Shown here: in pieces, positions 58,229 to 64,000 of the stretch
Numbering within the stretch: position 1 is the first letter of the stretch
Layout: each line of letters opens with the position of its first letter
Assembly: GCF_009914755.1 (NCBI RefSeq)
Contig: NC_060926.1
Source: the human T2T-CHM13v2.0 reference genome, Homo sapiens
Direction: 5' to 3' (one strand)
Length of the DNA stretch: 64,000 nucleotides
The notes under the pieces: generated by a model
What the model saw: only the letters and a program-made list of their open reading frames with translations
Told to the model about the DNA's origin: nothing
The model's database searches: none
Made by a program: the position numbers and the translations under genes

Positions 58229-60522
58229 AACTTTTCCTCTTATGAAAGGAGCAGACACCAGAAACGACGCAGGCTCCCTCCTCCAGACAGAACCACGCTC
58301 AGCGTGTAGGTATTTAACAGCGTTCAACAAATATTTTGTACTTATTTATTCTGAGGCAGGAAATGATATCCCAGCTGAGGTCTGAGGACTAAAGGGGTTT
58401 CCTTCCAGTCTTTTTCCTATTCATTGTTAACATGCTTAAAAACAATGGAAAACAATTGCGGATCTTGTTTCGTTTTTCTATTTTGTTTCCCGAGTGTTTA
58501 CCATCTTGCCATCTTTGGTGAACCCATCTCATATTTCTCCATAGTTCACTTACCCCTTTCCGTTATTTTTTAGCCATTTGAATTATTTCTTGATTTTTCC
58601 CTATTATATATCTATCCCATAAATAATCACTTGTACCTTTCTGTAGGAAACGCACCTGGGTCAGAGTCACCTAAGATTGGTCAGCAAACAACAGGGAGAA
58701 ACGAACGTGGTGATGGCGTCAGTTCATGCCTCAAAGACTGCAGAGCTGGGGGAAAGAAGTGAATGTGCTGGAATATTCTGGCAGCTCAGTGGAGGAAGGG
58801 CCGAGGTGGGTGCCTTCCGTGAGAGAGTGAGAAGCGTGTTGAGCCTCCAGGCTGCGAGGCTGCACCTAGAGTGGGAGTGAGGAGAAGAGAGGCCATGGTT
58901 GAAAGAGTTGGCTTCTGAAGGCCTTCCCAGCCGAGCTGAGGTGACCAGGTGGCTGCAGGAGGACACAGCAGAGGAGGGACAGGACAAGGCTGTCCGTGGG
59001 AGTCCCTGTGCCAGTGTCCAGCCCACCTTCCTCGCTGATGCCATGAGCTGTGGACATGGCGGAGGTGACTGTCCTCTGCCCGTACCAAGGACTGACCCCT
59101 GGGCAAGTCTTGAGGTGGACTCACCAGCCTCCAAAGTCGTGCCCACACCCTGCATCACCTCAGCCAGCCCAGAAAGCCCCCAGAGGGAGGGGAGTGTTTT
59201 CCTGAGTAGCTCAGACCCGGGACAGGTGCCCATGTTGGGTTTCCAGGGCTGAGCAGTCCCAGGCCACCACATAGTCCCAAGTCTGATCCCAACACCCATA
59301 CTGGGCCTGAGCTTCCTCCACTTCCTCCTCCTCTTCCTCCATGAGGAGGCTCAGAGCCACCCTGGCTGCCTGATAGGCTGACGGGAGCAGGGGAGGGAGG
59401 CTTTGAGTTTGGTCTGTCTTTTCTTCCAGGGGCTCAAAGCACTTTATAAGTATTAATTTCCTTCATCCACCTCAGCTGTTGTCCTGTTTGCTCTTTATAT
59501 TTCATTATGAGCTGAGGTGTTGTGTTTAATCCTCAGGCATTCAGCAAGAGGGAATTCCGCAAGCCAGACGCAGCGGAGGCGGAGGACGCAATCCCCGCCA
59601 GCTCCTGGGACCCAAGGGCCGGGTCCCTCCCGGGCTTGTGCCCAGCTTGTCCTCTCCCATCCCTGCCTCTGGCCCGGTATTTGCTCCCAGCATCCTCAGC
59701 GGCCGGCAGGGAAGGCGTCCCTGGGAGGCCACCGTGGAGTTGTAGTGGACCCAGAGGCAGTGAGGTCTGCGGAGGAGAGCACTCAACAGGTAGGTAGGCG
59801 ACCTGGGCCCCACCACGCACTGCAGTGTGACCCCAAGCAGCTCACTTCACTCCGAGTCCTGGTTTTAATAAAACATAGGACAGCGGGGATGAGACTCTTA
59901 TTAATATCACATCACAGCCTGTGGAAGGGCTTTATAAATGCTAAAGCTCTGTGCTAATGTTCAGGGCACTGTACCCCTCTCCATAGGATGAGGGGTGGGT
60001 GAGATAAAATGACCCCATGGGGACATCCAGCCCAGACTTGTCACTCTGACTCGGATTCTAAGATGAAACGAGCTCATTCCCTCCTCCCACACAGCCCTGG
60101 GCCTACACCCCTTGGCCCAAGTGACCAGAGTGGAGGGCTGGGGAGGGAGATGGGTCAGGAGGTATAGCTCGGGGAGCCACAGATGTCCTGACCTGAAGGA
60201 GCTCCTTTCAGAGCTATGTGATGGGCCAGCTACGTTACCCGTGACCGCTCAGACGCAGGTGGGCCTTCAGAGTGTCCACACCGGTGAGGGTGATGTCAGC
60301 CCACCAGGGCCCGTCGGCCTGCAGGGCCGCCCTGTTAGGCTGTGTGGTTTGCCGATGTGGTACTGCCTGCCCAGAGGAAGGGATGCCTTTTGTTGCATAC
60401 AAGGTTTCCATCTACAGGGCCAAGTCTTACCCAGTGGTTGCTGAGCCTGCAGGGAGGGGCTGCCCTCTTCCCAGCAGGCTTACCTGCCCCCTCTGGCAGG
60501 AGGGACCACCCCTTTTTCCTAA

Positions 60523-61147
<625 letters not shown>

Positions 61148-62632
61148 ACAACCAGCACTGAGTATACAGGCTTCCACATATCCCCAGCACTGTGCTGTGT
61201 ACTCACAGGCACCAGTTCATGTAATCCCAGCAACTCAACTTATTTCATGTTATAGCTGAAGCCCAGGGAGGTTAAGTAGCCTTGCCAAAGTCACACAGTT
61301 AACTCAGGGGTGGTGCCAGATTTGAACTCCGGCAGTTTGGCTCCCTGTTACTAACCCTAGGCTGTACAGAGAGAGGAAACTGAGGCCCAGAAAGCAGAAA
61401 CTTGCTCAAGATCCTCTGATGGGTAACGGTTGGAGCTGGGCCGGAGTCCTTGAGCCCCAAGCCTTACCTGCTCCTGTCTGTTGGGGACCAGTTGGGGGTG
61501 GTGAGGCCACCAGCAGCAGCCCAGGAACTCACAGCCTCCTCAGGCTGAGTTTGTCCAGCCCATCCGGGAGGAGCTTAAAATAGAAGAAGTTCCCATGGAA
61601 AAGTTTTAAGACTTCACTGGATTGAAACCAGATGACCCTGTGCAAACAGACCCCACCAGCAGGCACAGGGTCTGGGCGTGAGCTGTGCTCCCTACGGCTG
61701 TTCCCAGCCTGCCCTGGGGAGGGAAACTGCCCTGGGGGTGCAGACAGGCCAGCAGGGAAGAGAGCCCAGGGACAGGGGACACCAGAGCGGCAGGCCTTTG
61801 CTGTTGGGAAGGGGTGGGAGACGTCTTCCCCAAGGCAGAGAAGTGTCCCCAACACTTTCACTGGCTCCATCTGTTTCCCAGCTTCTGAAGATGGACAGAG
61901 AACTTGGAGACAGCATTCACCCATTCTCCCACCCTGCCAATCGTCTCCCTGTTCCCCCACTTATTCTTGCCTTTACTTGCACGCCACAGTCATACGGCAA
62001 ACACAGCACCTCCTTGACACGGAGGGCTATGTGTGAACCACTAGGGACACAAGAATGCAGCAGACACTGTCCTGCCCTTTGGAAACTCCCAGACACACTG
62101 AGCAGTCGTCACAGCAGGATGGTGGGGGGTAGGGGTAGGCTGGGGACACCTGAATAACCCTGGCCGGTCAGCGGGAGCTGCACAGACGAGGTTTGGAGCA
62201 GGACCCAGAAGGGAGGGAGAAGAAGGGGTGTTCTGGGCCAGCGGTCAGGCCTGGTCACCCCAGCTGGCTGGCACACAGGGTGCGCGGAGAAGGGCAAACA
62301 GAAAAAGGGGCTGGAGGGAGGTGCGGACCCCATTAGAGGGCCTCATCGCCCCATTGAGTTTCTCCTGGGAAGGCTGGGGAGGCAGGAGATTTTATGTCTT
62401 CCTGGACTCCAGGTTGGTGGAGGAAGAAGACTCTTCTCCGTGCAGCGGCCAGTGGTAGTGACCTGAGCACTCCTCTGGGGCAGGACCTGTCCCTGTCGCC
62501 TATTCAGCCCAGCCTCTGGCACATGGCTAAGCACCATAGGAATAGATTGCTCAATCTCCCCATGCCTAGAAACCAAGTCCCTGCTGCTCCTAGAAGGATG
62601 AGACCACCAGGGAAGTGGGAACCTGAACTGGG

Positions 62633-62936
62633 TTTTTTTTTTTTTTTGGAGGGGGTGCGGGGGGGACAGGGTCTCACTCTGTTGCCCAGAATGGAGTGCA
62701 GTGGCATGACCTCAGCTCACCGCAACCTCGCCTCCTGGGTTCAAGTGATTCTCTTGCCTCAGCCTCCTGGGATTACAGGCTCGCACCATTATCACCCGGC
62801 TAATTTTTGTATTTTTAGTAGAGATGGGGTTTCACCATGTTAGCTAGGCTGGTCTTGAACTCCTGACCTCAAATGATCCACCCGCCTAGGCCTCCCAAAG
62901 TGCTGGGATTACAGGTGTGAGCCACCACGCCTGGCC
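62633..62936 (-). mobile_element. Alu (AluS-like)
   Basis: Reverse-complement Alu with TSD tgaactgggtttt, a G-rich insert next to the tail and a small internal deletion. Confidence 0.92.
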
Positions 62937-62970
62937 TGAACTGGGTTTTATATGATATTAAGAAATTGTT

Positions 62971-63660
<690 letters not shown>

Positions 63661-63837
63661 AATTGTTAACTTTATTAACATTTGCTAAGACTTGGCATTA
63701 TAGTTATGTTAAAAAAAAAAACGAATCCCTCATTCTGTTGGACATAAAAACTAAAGTATTTATGGATAAAATAATATAGTGTCTGGCACTGTTATAAAAT
63801 ACCAAAATTTTTTTAAGTTAGCTAAGAAGTAAAGAAG

Positions 63838-64000
63838 GGCCAGTTGTGGTGGCTTACACCTGTAATACCCGCATTTTGGGAGGCCGAGGCAGGAGGATTA
63901 CTTGGGTTCAGGAATTCAAGACCAGCCAGGGCAACATATGGAGACCTCATCTCTACAAAAAATAAAAAAATTAGCCAAGCGTGGAGGCACACATCTTTAG
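63838..64000 (+). mobile_element. AluJ-like element cut by the window end
   Basis: Alu left arm and linker. Confidence 0.88.

Overview
Human (primate) genomic DNA containing the 3' end of BABAM2 (BRE/BRCC45, scaffold subunit of the BRCA1-A and BRISC complexes) on the + strand. The penultimate coding exon (7658-7811) is followed by a ~39.9-kb last intron and the terminal exon (CDS 47734-47797; poly(A) signals at 48045 and 48154). Two cassette exons in the last intron (19400- and 36563-) each replace the C-terminus. The rest is intronic or downstream intergenic DNA: about 25 Alu/FLAM elements, an old antisense L1M broken up by Alus, a 2.8-kb sense L1PA with a clean TSD, MLT1 LTRs, MER DNA-transposon remnants, MIR/L2 fossils, an RPL23A processed pseudogene, a 55-bp VNTR, and a GC-richer right half with AP-1-motif enhancer-like segments (from memory, FOSL2 lies further downstream, outside the window). 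Nearly all ORFs in the supplied track are spurious. I found no convincing new biological system. The most promising leads are the three-way C-terminal exon switch with its NMD geometry, a possible antisense unit over the RPL23A retrocopy and the first cassette exon, an unexplained ~240-bp non-tandem direct repeat, closely spaced inverted Alus around the penultimate exon, and the VNTR. Repeat subfamily calls and identities were judged by eye.
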